A DNA stretch of 64,000 nucleotides, from assembly GCA_028023455.1 (NCBI GenBank), contig JAQFVV010000011.1:186001-250000 (forward strand). Direction: 5' to 3'. Origin of the DNA: Epiperipatus broadwayi. Its lineage: Eukaryota; Animalia; Onychophora. Below, piece by piece: positions 52,901 through 63,744 of this stretch. Within the stretch, counting starts at the first letter, position 1. Each line of letters opens with the position of its first letter. Made by a program: the position numbers and the translations under genes. The notes under the pieces are model-generated. The model was not told where the DNA came from, ran no database searches, and saw only the letters and a program-made list of their open reading frames with translations.

Positions 52901-54684
52901 CGATGTAATTTCATGAACTGCTTTAGCTGTACTATTCTTTGATATGCATTAACACCACATACATTCAGTGTAAAGATTTGAAACTGTACATATCTATGTA
53001 AAGATGATTTGGATCTTTGTTTCTTAGTTATATGGTTATCACTGAGAGCAATAACTGAAGATCTTTTACATAAATTATTTCTTGATTTGATATTAAGTTA
53101 TTTGATTGATTATCATGACTAGTCACTTATACTTTTATATCCTGCTTATGTCTAGTTTGACTGCTGCCTTGGTACTATAATGTTTTTGTAAAGTTTGTAC
53201 TTTATCAGAAGATTTAGTGGTGCTATGAATTTCAGTTTAATATTTGTTTGCCTTCAATTATGGAAACTCTATTTCATTGATTGCACTAATATTATTTAAT
53301 TGATTTAATTCGTACTGTACTATATTATGTTTTTGTTTGTCGTGCTCTGTTTATTTTTTGCTGTTTGAGCTTTTATTTCATTATTTTAATTTTCTTTCAT
53401 ATCTTGATCAATATTTGACAGGATAATTTGATGTTTATTATTATTTGATATTTGACTTTTTAGACTTATAATTGCTATTCACTGTTAGCAATCATACCTG
53501 CCCATATTGATGTGACTGACTGCTACTGCATATGATTTGCTTTAACTATTTTATTATAACTTATATTATTATCAGTTGTGCTTTCTGATGCTATATTCTC
53601 CAATTGACATACCTAAAGCATAATGATTAGCACCCCATATATTGATAGTAAAAGGTATTGATTGTGTGAATATTTGGTGAGGTAGTTCTTAAAGGGAGTG
53701 TCCTTTTTTCATTTTAAGTTATTTAAAAGGTTTTTCATATTTCAAAAGGTATATTTGGAATTAGTTCACTTCTTATGTTAATGAATTGTGCTTTATTTTC
53801 AATGGTTTTTTAAATATTTCAACTGTGAAATATGGGAGAGCATACATTACATACTAATATATTATGAGAATTGATAACATAATGCACTTTTTGAATTTTG
53901 TATTTTATTGTATTTTCATGCTTCAGATAGTATTCAAATCCTATGAGTAAGTTAGCAGAAAATGTGGTCATAGACTTTAAGGATTTTATTAAGTCATGGT
54001 TGGCCATCTAATCTATTATAAATCTTCTACCATGCTAATTATTGACATTAATGGGTTTATATACTCAGTAAAATGTGATGCCAGTACTCTTTTGTTATAT
54101 TATGATTTGAGCTAGACTCATTTAGATTAGTAAAGGTAACTTTGTTAGATTTTTGTCTTCTTTTGTTATATTTTTTTTTTTCTATTTTCTAGCCTTTGTG
54201 AATATTTTTGTTTATATTAATATTAGTTTGTATTCGTATATAGTTTTTTTCTACCAAGGCAATTTTCATTTTATTTTTTTAAATCTTTACCTTCTGCTGG
54301 AGTATTTCGGTTTGTTCTGCTCATGATTTAGCCCTCCCCCCCCCCCAATTAAAACATTTTGTTTGGGCTCCAACCATTAAACTATTTATAGATTTTTTTA
54401 AAATGCAATTACTTGATTTTGTTATGTTTATATATGAATATCTTTATTTTTGTCTGTCATAATTGTATATATGTATTGGAAAAATATTTATCATTTACAC
54501 AAACATTCATTCTGCCTTATCAGGCACTGAGAAAAAAGACCATGGTGTTTCTTGATCTTAAACTCAGAGGTGAAAAGCCAATAAAGTCACCACGCTGGCT
54601 AATGCGTGTTGGTGAGCAACCCATCCATGTTTATATACTATATGAATAATCACATAGTAATAACAGCTGCAATGACAAGAACAT

Positions 54685-55415
54685 ATGGAGTGGACATTAG
54701 GAAATGTTGCAGGAGTTATCAGATGAAAGTAGGACTAAAAATAAATTTTAAAAAGACTAAAGTAATGTTTAATCGATTTGCTCAAAATATGAAAATAAAG
54801 ATTGATTATGATGAATTAGAAGAAGTTAACAGTTATAAATACCTTGGTCAGATTATTAATACAGATGGAAACATAATGAGGAAATTAATCATAGAATTAA
54901 ACTTGGTTGGAGTGCGTTTGGTAGAAATAACCTGATACTAAAAGGAAATATGCCTATGTGTTTGAAAAGGAAGGTTTTTAACAAATGTGTTTTACCAGTT
55001 CTTATTTATGGATCTGAGATTTAATAGAAGAGCAATACAGAGACTTCAGACCACTCAAAAAAGTATGGAGAGATGTATGTTGGGAGTAACAAGAAGAGAT
55101 CGAAAACACAATGTATGGGTAAAAGAACAAACAGGTGTTACTGACCTCATTGAAAAAATTAAAAGGTTGAAGTGGAGTTGGGCTGGACATATTGCTAGAA
55201 GAGATGATAATAGGTGGACAATTGAAATTTTAAACTGGATTCCAAGAGATTGTAAAAGACCCAGAAAGAGACCACATGTGAGATGGATGGATGAAATAAG
55301 AGAGTGTGCAGGGGTGATGTGGAGAAGAGAAGCTAAAGATCAGAGAAGATGGATTAAACTTGGAGAGACTTCATCCTGCTGTGGATTGATAATGGTTGAT
55401 AATAATATATGATTA
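54685..55415 (+). mobile_element. RTE-clade LINE 3' fragment, best preserved copy
   Basis: VGLKINFKKTKVM...EEVNSYKYLGQ, then QKSMERCMLGVTRRDRKHNVWVKEQTGVTDLIEKIKRLKWSWAGHIARRDDNRWT. GATAATAAT tail. Confidence 0.93.
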
Positions 55416-56184
55416 TCATAAACACAGACTGATACAAATACGATTAAATAATATATATATGTGCGTGTGTGTGTGTGCGTGTGTGTGTATACATACACAA
55501 TAAAGTATACTGCATGGCTGATATATTGGGTCAATATAGCATTTTGTTGCCCTTTTAGTTTTATTTAACACTTACTCTTGTACCATGAAAGCTTGCCTTA
55601 CCCCCCACCCTTAGTTACCTTTTTATCTTTTAATTTAATATTTATTTGCATGCCATTATCTGAACTATATTTTTTTCTAATTACCTGAATCATTTTACGC
55701 ATTTCTATCATTTTCCAAACTTATGAACCCCATACTAATTTCATGAAATGCTGACATTCTTTTTATTTATTATTATAGAATCTGGTTTGTATATTTTTTG
55801 ATTGTTCAAAACATTAATCAGCCATATAATAACTTTCGTATCAGTGTACGAATCTCAGAATAGTGGTTAATATATTTTCTTGTTATATCTATGGATTGGG
55901 AGATTTTTGTTAAGAATTTATTAAGCAAGTTTCGGGTCCCCCCCCCCCCCAGAAATAGCTTATAGCCAACTTGGCTGGCCATCCAATATTATTTTAAAAA
56001 CGAGTAACTAATTCTATATCTTAAAGAATAAAGAAAAATCTCAAATGATCTTACTGTCAGATGAATGCTGGTCTACTGATTATATAGAAAAAATGTGACT
56101 GCCTAATTTTATTATAATGAAGTGAGTCGAGTCTATTTACCTAGTCAGTTGAATCATTTACCGTTATCATATAAATCTATATGT

Positions 56185-56500
56185 AATATATAGGATATAT
56201 GAGCACAGACTTTCACACAACCCACCACTCTCCACTCTATTTCTTAACACTGATACACTTGAACATATATATGTCAAAAAGACAAATAATCACCAATATA
56301 CATATTTCATGCTAAACCAGCAATCATCAGTTGGTCTAGATTACCATCTCCACACATATATGCTGTAAGTGCTCAGATATATATTAAGATAGCCAATTTT
56401 CATACTTTAATGGACAGGGTTCAATCCACTCCACACTCCAAATTATCCATCCAATTGAAAATCTGATGATGGAACGCTTAAGATTTGCCTTGACAACGTT
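56185..56500 (-). mobile_element. Family B1 element
   Basis: Reverse complement is colinear with 43260-43550. Confidence 0.8.
56286..56344 (-). ncRNA. Type I hammerhead motif (family B1), both core boxes intact
   Basis: GTAATC TAG ACCAA CTGATGA TTGCTG GTT TAGCAT GAAA TATGTATA TTGGT GATTAT. The basal stem II pair is T-T instead of G-C. Confidence 0.7.
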
Positions 56501-57329
56501 CATTGGCTTTTAATGAAAAATCTATACGACTACACAAGCAAATTGTTCAAGGTTGAAAACATTTATGTTTTTTAATTTGAGTTAATAACATATCAGAGAC
56601 AAATGATGATTGTTAAAACGAAGTTGTAATGGATCCTAAAGACCCAGGTCCACTATTCCAAGATTCAAAGCTTCTCACTGATAGAAGCCATCTGCTTGAA
56701 ACTTGTATGGGGATATTAAATGAGACAGCACAGGTCAGGGATTTATTATCTGGCAACTATTACTTACTAAAGCTTACAGTACCCTTTTTTTTTTTTTTTA
56801 AAATCATCGTTACAATTGACTATAATTTCTTTTTGCATGATGATTTTTTTCAAAATAGAATATATTTGGGGGATAAAAAATTCATTCAGATTCCTCTAGG
56901 GTTGAAAGAAAACAACCACAAAAATTGACTTATATGATAATTTGAATATAAGTGCTATTTTGCAATATCTGAAATCAGTAAAAAAAAACAAAAACATGAT
57001 AAATTTTTTTGTTTGTATTTCTTTAATTTTAAACCATTATTGCCCTATGATATATATATAATGGGTGAGGTAGGAGTATTTTTATACTAATTTAATGGGT
57101 TACTGTCAAGCTATTACCTATGATAACTCACTACAGGGTCAAAACATCCTCAGTTCTTTCCACAAATTTCTATCAATATTTTTGCTTTTTTATAAAGATC
57201 CTGTAACTTCTTGATCTCATTATCCATTAAGGCATTTTCTGAAAATAGTAGCTTTACTAAAATTTATTTTTGAAGCCCTATTTTTTTTTTATCCGTTAAA
57301 CATGCTGTTAAAATTTTAATAAAAAAACA

Positions 57330-57712
57330 ATACAGAGACTACAGACCAATCAACAAAGTATGAAAAAGATGAATATTAGGAATAACAAGAGACTGAAAAT
57401 GAAATACATGGTGAAAGAAGAATCATGTGTTACTGACATTAAGCATCATATGTGTTACTGACGTCATTGAAATGATTAAAAGACTGGAGTTGCGCTGGAT
57501 ATATTTCTAAAAGAAATAATAATAGATGGAAACTTCAAATCTTAAACTGAGTTTTCAAGAGACCATAAAAGACTTAGAAAGAGGCTATATGTGAGATGGA
57601 TGAATAAGTACAGGAGTATGCTGGGATGATGTGGAGAAGAAATCGGAGATGAATTGAACATGGAGACCATCCTGCAGTGGATCGATCATGATTGAAAGTG
57701 ATGATGATAATC
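57330..57712 (+). mobile_element. RTE-clade LINE 3' fragment
   Basis: Matches 55035-55415; TGATGATGATAA tail. Confidence 0.85.
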
Positions 57713-57949
57713 AGTATGAGATATGCCTCAACCTATTAATAAATTTTTCTTCATGCTGTATATGTAGAGTATATATATCCAATTATAATTTTTGATATTT
57801 ATAATAAAATTTATTAATTTCTTTTATTTTTTTTTGCTGTTGCATTCCTATTCATATGTGCCACTAATAGTCGTAAAATTTCAAGTTCCGTTTCATAAAA
57901 ATAAACAAGGCAGCTTAATATACTTTCATTAAGAAACTTATGTCAAAGT

Positions 57950-58072
57950 TGTGAGGGCAAAGTGGGGAATGTAAAATAAAGTGGCTAACAGTTTTATCTG
58001 GGCATAATTGCTGAGATATTCTTGACTTCGTTTAAGGAGAAGCCATAATACATCACATCACATGACATCACT
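57950..58072 (+). repeat. Unclassified dispersed repeat, partial
   Basis: AAAGTGGCTAACAG...GGGCATAATTGCTGAGA matches about 35018-35060; ends CATCACATCACATGACATCA. Confidence 0.65.
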
Positions 58073-58079
58073 GCTGTAA

Positions 58080-58305
58080 TTTTCTGTCTATATATATATA
58101 CCGAACAATGATAAAGATATGCGCAATAGATTGTGGTCTGGACTAAGTGCTGGTTCAGCATGAAATTGCATCTTGGGGATCATGGATCGTTTTTACACAT
58201 GTCTTCGTCATATATTTATGATTACATTCTTCCACAAAGAATTAAAAGTGAATAGAAGCCAGTCTTTAACTTGCGTGAGAGTGGTGTAGTAATATTACAT
58301 TACAG
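58080..58305 (+). mobile_element. Family B2 element (CTGATGA box deleted)
   Basis: GGTCTGGACTAA-GTGCTGGTTCAGCAT GAAA TTGCATC TTGGGGATCAT. Flanks match 23990-24230. Confidence 0.75.
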
Positions 58306-58996
58306 AAATATTATTCATTATTGGATAATCTCTAATAAAAATTATTAATACACTTTCTAATAAGACCGGATGTGTGTAAGTTTCCCATTTTAAGCATAGC
58401 TATAGGTTCTTATAATGCGCCATTAACTGTTCTTAATAAAGAATGTCAATTCACATTACAGTCTAAGTAATACTTTTTTTTTTTTAAATATTAGTTTCAA
58501 TAAAATTTATTTTCAAGCCCTATTTTTCATCCGTTAAACAAGCGTTTAGTAAAATTTTACTTGCGAGACCATTTTAAAAAGAGCTTTTTATTTCTCGAGA
58601 ATATCCTGTGCATTTTTAAAGTGATTTAAATTATTATCTTAAGAGAGGTTTTCCCCAGTATATATATCTCTAAAAACTTGCAAAGATGCGTAAAATTCTT
58701 TAATTTGAAAGAGGAGGGGGGGGGGGTAGTCTACAGAAAATACTAAGTAACTTTTTTTATATAGTTTTCGCTTCGCGCATATTAATCTAGAACGATTGCA
58801 TTCTCTAAAGTTTTTCTAAATACGCGCGCAAAAGAAGAAAAAAAAGAAACATAAAACAAACATGTTTATTAATAAATAAATTTAAAAAAAAAAAAGATAA
58901 ATGTTGGTACATGGATTTTTTTTCTAGGAAAAAATAATGAAACAAAATTTCTAAAACATGACTCAGCAGACATTCTTTACCTGACAATTTGATACC

Positions 58997-59521
58997 ATGG
59001 ACCTTATTGAGGATCGCCTTTATCTCGGAGGCATAGTAGCAGCCACAGATACGACGAGATTAAAGCGCGCTAACATACGAAGCGTTTTAACCTTGGATAC
59101 AAGACCTCTTACGCTAGATAAACGTAAAGATTTTTCCTATAAGTATATTGAAATTTTAGATGACCCACGCAGTGATTTGTTAAGCCATTTTGATGATTGC
59201 AGCAGATTTATTGACGAAGGCAGACAAAAAGGATGCGTTTTGGTCCATTGTTTTGCTGGTTTATCTAGAAGCGCTACTATAATAATAGCTTATATCATGA
59301 AAAAATATAGCAAGTCACCTCAAGAAGCCTTCGCATTAGTCAAGCTAAAGAGACCTGGCATTTATCCCAATCCTGGTTTTATGGAACAGTTGGAAATTTA
59401 CAAAATTATGAGGAATAGGGTGGACACACAACATCAGCTTTATCGGTATTATAAAACTACAGATTTTTTCCAACGTAATAGTGGATTTAGATATTATTTA
59501 TATAATTTTTATCAGCATTAA
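58997..59521 (+). CDS. DUSP12: Dual-specificity protein phosphatase catalytic domain, DUSP12/YVH1-like (probably first exon; the ORF end likely reads into an intron)
   Basis: ACCATGG start context; LYLG, D..DLLSHF, the VHCFAGLSRSAT P-loop and PNPGFMEQL motifs. The following EIYKIMRNRVDTQHQLYRYYK resembles the DUSP12 post-catalytic helix. Candidate donors after 59474 (GTAATA) or 59480. Orthology is by recognition, not by search. Confidence 0.82.
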   Translation: MDLIEDRLYLGGIVAATDTTRLKRANIRSVLTLDTRPLTLDKRKDFSYKYIEILDDPRSDLLSHFDDCSRFIDEGRQKGCVLVHCFAGLSRSATIIIAYIMKKYSKSPQEAFALVKLKRPGIYPNPGFMEQLEIYKIMRNRVDTQHQLYRYYKTTDFFQRNSGFRYYLYNFYQH

Positions 59522-59984
59522 TCGCTATTAAATATATTTAATTTAATTGGAAAAGGGGAAGTATTCATTTGTACTATTTCTTAAGTTAATAATAATAATA
59601 AGACCTATGGATCGATTATAAAAAATAATTGAAAAAATATTGTTTTATTATTATTATATAAATTAGTGCTTGATTTATACATAGTAAATATAACTTTGAT
59701 AAATCTAAATTTATCTTCTTATATAAACAAAATATAGTAATTAGTAGATTTTAGTTGATTTATTAAAGCCAGTGACTTTTTGCAAAATTGCTTTAGAAAT
59801 TATTTAATTACGTAATCAGAGAAGACAAACTTATTGAGCCCAAAAAGTCTTCAGCTTATTTATGTACTAATTGTAATTTGTTTATATATTCAGAAATCTT
59901 ATATCTGTAAATGTAATATAGAATGTATAATAATCCCAGGGCATACCGCTAAACTGAAATAAATATTTATATATTTATTTCACA

Positions 59985-60048
59985 GAGGACAGTTCTCGAC
60001 TCCGTTTAAGGAGAAGCTACAGTACATCACATCACATCGGATGATTTA
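59985..60048 (+). repeat. Unclassified dispersed repeat, 3' remnant
   Basis: TTCTCGACTCCGTTTAAGGAGAAGC...CATCACATCACATC matches 58020-58065. Confidence 0.6.
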
Positions 60049-60984
60049 ATATTTAGAATGTATAATGTATATGAACCAAAACGAAATAAAACTAAACTAA
60101 TAATAGTATATAACTACTCATTAACAAAATTTAAAACACATTAATAAACTCTTATCAAGTTTGATTATCATCCTAAAATAATCAGTTCCAGGACATTTGT
60201 TCCATAGTTTACATCATCTTCAGCTCTATGCGCAAATTTTTATTTATTTTATAATATCAAATTTAAGACCCTAGATTTTTTCTGTCTCCTATATGGATTT
60301 TATTTCATTTCTAAACTACTTTTTAAAAAATTTATATTCATTTTCCATAATTCTATTTTTTTTAAAAAAACTATTTTGGCTATTTTCTTTTCCCATTTCT
60401 TATACAATTTTTTAAAAGAAGTTTCTTTATTATCTTTATATTTTGGCACACCTATTTCGCAAAGAAAATTATGGAAGAGAATAAAAGTCTCAAGTGTATA
60501 AAACAACATTCTAGTATTGTTAGAAAACATTTCTGTAATAAGCAAATGCACAGAAATATGTCGTTTACACGGTCCAATATTTCCGTGCTTTTGGCATAGA
60601 AAGTTACAGCCTATAGAACAGTTCTGTTCATATGAGCCATTGCAGGATTAGTTGACATTGCACACCAATTTTATGGCCCACTGATGTGCTTCTGACACTA
60701 TGAAAATGCGCACACTTAACAGATTGCTACTGTATATCGTGAGGGTGTTTGGAATTCGACTGGCCATTACTGTTGTAATATGCCTTCGTAATAGTGATCT
60801 TATACCCTGATATAGTATTACATACTAATAATTGTAAGCCTGTCCCTGTGCTTCTCTACACATCATGGAATGTGAAAATAATTGCAAAAGGATCGGGCCA
60901 AGCACCATTTCACACAAGTCTTGCAAAAAGACACATTTGCTTGAGAACAGTGAGTCAAATGAAATGGCTGAGGTTGTATGTTGT

Positions 60985-61320
60985 TTTGGAAATCATAAGC
61001 TTGGTTTGATCAGAGTACTGCTTAAACTTTTGGTCAGATTAAGAACAGATACGAGACAAATAAAAGGTCTGAGGTTGCATGTTTTGCAAATCCTAATCTT
61101 GGTTTGATTCAGAGTACTGCATCTTTTGGCTGATCCTTCAGAGTGGCAAAACCATTGGTCCCCCTTCCCCTTTGCACATTCCCATGAACACTGACATGTC
61201 TAATGTAATTACTGTATTTTAGAAAATAATGTTGGTTCATAAATTGAGTACTGCATTTTTTGGCCAATCCTTCAGACTGGCAAAACCATCATTCCCCCCT
61301 TCCCATGCACATGTGAAATG
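60985..61320. repeat. Tandem subrepeats related to the interior of the 30.1/33 kb foldback family
   Basis: ATAAGCTTGGTTTGATCAGA and CAAAACCATCATTCCC motifs are shared with 30311-30390 and 34050-34130, in about three partial units. Confidence 0.55.
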
Positions 61321-61574
61321 TAATTTAAAATGTAATTCTTATATTTTTGAAAATAATGTTTTTTACAAAAGAATGTTGTTTCGTAAATTGTTTAAAAATA
61401 GTTTGCAAAATGTTGCAAGGTGCTAAAATGTCTAAAGTAATTTAAAAACATAATTATTCCATTTTAGAAAATAATGTTAAAGTTGAAAATAAAAAAAGGC
61501 TCGGTAATGTTATATTTGTATTTGTTTACATAAAAATTACATCATCTCATGGTTTCAACATGCTAAGAGTAAAC

Positions 61575-63120
61575 TACCAAGAAAAAAAAGATGGAACTAT
61601 TATTAAAATGAGATATAACATCACGAAATATGTAGAAAGAGTTCTATCAAGAATTATATAGCAATAAGAAAAAGTATTACCTACAATTATTATATTTTCT
61701 GAATTGCCCAGGATTTTAAATGAAGTGAGACATGTAATTAAATTTATGAAGAAGGGAAAAGCTCCAGATAATGATGGAATTATAATCGATATCTTAAAAG
61801 AAGCAGGTGAAAAAATAGAAATTTTTTTGGCAAAGGTATATACCAAATGTTTAAATGATAAAGATGTGTAATTGGAAGAATGCAGTATTAATATTAATAA
61901 TTAAAAAAGATGATAAAGAAGATATTAGAAATTACAGATCTATCAGTCTTTTATTAGTTCTATATAAAATTTTTACTAAAATAATTACAACTCATCTACA
62001 GTGATATTTGACTTTTAACCAACCAAAAGAACAACCTGGGTTAAAAGTGATTTTAATACAATGAATTATATCCAAGTACTGAGAGAACTTATAGAAAGAA
62101 TCAATGAATATAAGGTGACATTATGCTTTGGATTTTTAGATTATGAAAAGTCATTTGATACTATAAGCATTTCTTCAGTGATTAAAACATTGCATCATCA
62201 AAGTATAAGCCAAAATATTGTCATATTCTGAAGAATATTTATAAAAATGCAACAGCAACAATTAGATTACATAATTATACTAGGAAGGTTAACATTAAGA
62301 AGGGTGTAAGGCAGGGTGATTCCATATCTCCAAAACTTGTTACAGCAGTGCTGCAAGAAATATTTTGTGGATTAAAATGGGAAGCTAGAGGAGTAAAAGT
62401 AAATGGAGATTGTCATCTAGATTTTGCAGATGATATAGTAGTTTTTGCAAACTTCAGGAAATATGGCAAGAGTTACCAGATAAAAGTAAGAAGATAGCAT
62501 TAAAGGTAAATGTTAAAAAGACTAGTCCAATGGATTTTTTCAAAATAAAAAAATGATTGATAATGATGAGTTAGAAGAAGTTAACAACTAAAAATAACTT
62601 TGTCAGATTATTTCTACAGATGGAAACATAAGGGATGAAATTAATCATAGAGGTGCTTTTGGCAGAAATAACTTAATATTGAAAGGAAATATGCCTATAT
62701 GTTTAAAAAGAAAGGTTTTTAATAAATACATGTTGCCATTTCGTATGGATCTGAGACTTGTACAGTTAACAGAAGAGCAATACAGAGCATTCAGACTACC
62801 CAATGAAGTGTGGAAGGATGCATGTTAGGAATAACAAGAAAAGATTAAAAATAGAACAAACAGTTGTTACTTATATCATTAAAAGAGTTAAGAGATTGAA
62901 GTGGAGTTAGACTGAACATATTGCTAGAAGAATTAATAATAGATGGATAATTGAAATCATAAACTGGATTCCAAGAGATTTAAAAGACCTAGAAAAAAAA
63001 AGTGAGATGGAAGGCTAAAATAAATAAATGTGCTGCGTGATATGGAGAAGACAGGCTAGAGGTCCAAAAAGATGGATTGAACTTGGAAAAACTGTCATCC
63101 TGCAAAATGATGATAATGTA
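61575..63120 (+). mobile_element. Decayed 5'-truncated RTE-clade LINE
   Basis: KDGTII...FYQELYS, KKGKAPDNDGIIIDILKEAG, FLDYEKSFD, KGVRQGDSISPKL and LDFADDIVVF. Colinear with 3375-4930. Confidence 0.92.
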
Positions 63121-63592
63121 GCCTACAGTATTTATTTTCCACTCCAAATTAAACACTATTTTTATTAATCTATTTCCATTCATGATGTGTAAATCTTCAA
63201 AAATTTTCAATTTGCATTTGATTTCTGTCATTAAAAAAAACCAAGTCCATTTCATTTTCTTTTGGATATTCTCATTTGCTATTCCCAATTCACTTAATAT
63301 CTATCTGCTTTTTTAAAAAAAATTGATGTAAAAATTTCTGGTTTTCCTATTCAACATAATCTCTTTGAAATTATTCTGCATACCTTATATTTTTTATATA
63401 AAAAGCATTATAGATTTTTAAACAATTCTGTTTTACTTTTAATTTGTGATATGTTGGACTATTTCCATCATTTATGAGTGAATGTTGAATGTAAAGAAAA
63501 TTTTAAACTTTATTTAAACTTTTCAAATACAAGCAACTTGTTAGTAATAACACACAAATAGACAATACATGTTAGTAATTATACAACGTTTC

Positions 63593-63672
63593 GAATAGCT
63601 CAGTTGGTAGAGCGTTTGCCTTGAAATTCAATATTCAAGAATCTAAAGGTGCGAGTTCAACCTCTAAGCGAA
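63593..63672 (+). pseudogene. tRNA-derived (Phe-like) Pol III head
   Basis: GAATAGCTCAGTTGGTAGAGCGTT...TGAA...ATCTAAAGGT...GAGTTCAA resembles tRNA-Phe, with a perfect A box at 63596-63607. There is an insertion in the anticodon loop and no intact cloverleaf. Confidence 0.7.
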
Positions 63673-63699
63673 TATTGTCATTGTGCATATAGGCCAGCA

Positions 63700-63744
63700 A
63701 CACCTGAAGGAGAGTGGAGACTAATACTACTCGAAACATTGTGT
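63700..63744 (+). ncRNA. Minimal hammerhead motif (family C)
   Basis: ACAC CTGAAGG A GAGTGG AGACTAATA CTACTC GAAA CATT GTGT. The inverted arm preserves CGAAACGTT and the 42809 copy preserves CTGAAGA, giving a consensus with palindromic AACGTT stem III. Confidence 0.6.

Noticed and set aside
60540-60980. GC-richer block with short ORFs, considered as a DUSP zinc-domain exon or transposase relic
   Set aside because: No CxxC pattern of the DUSP12 domain, stops in all frames, and no recognisable motif.
8204-63288. The many 60-105 aa ORFs rich in F, I, L, K, N and Y
   Set aside because: Expected by chance in very AT-rich DNA, or antisense readings of LINE relics (for example 55002-55190, 61574-61846, 62989-63288).
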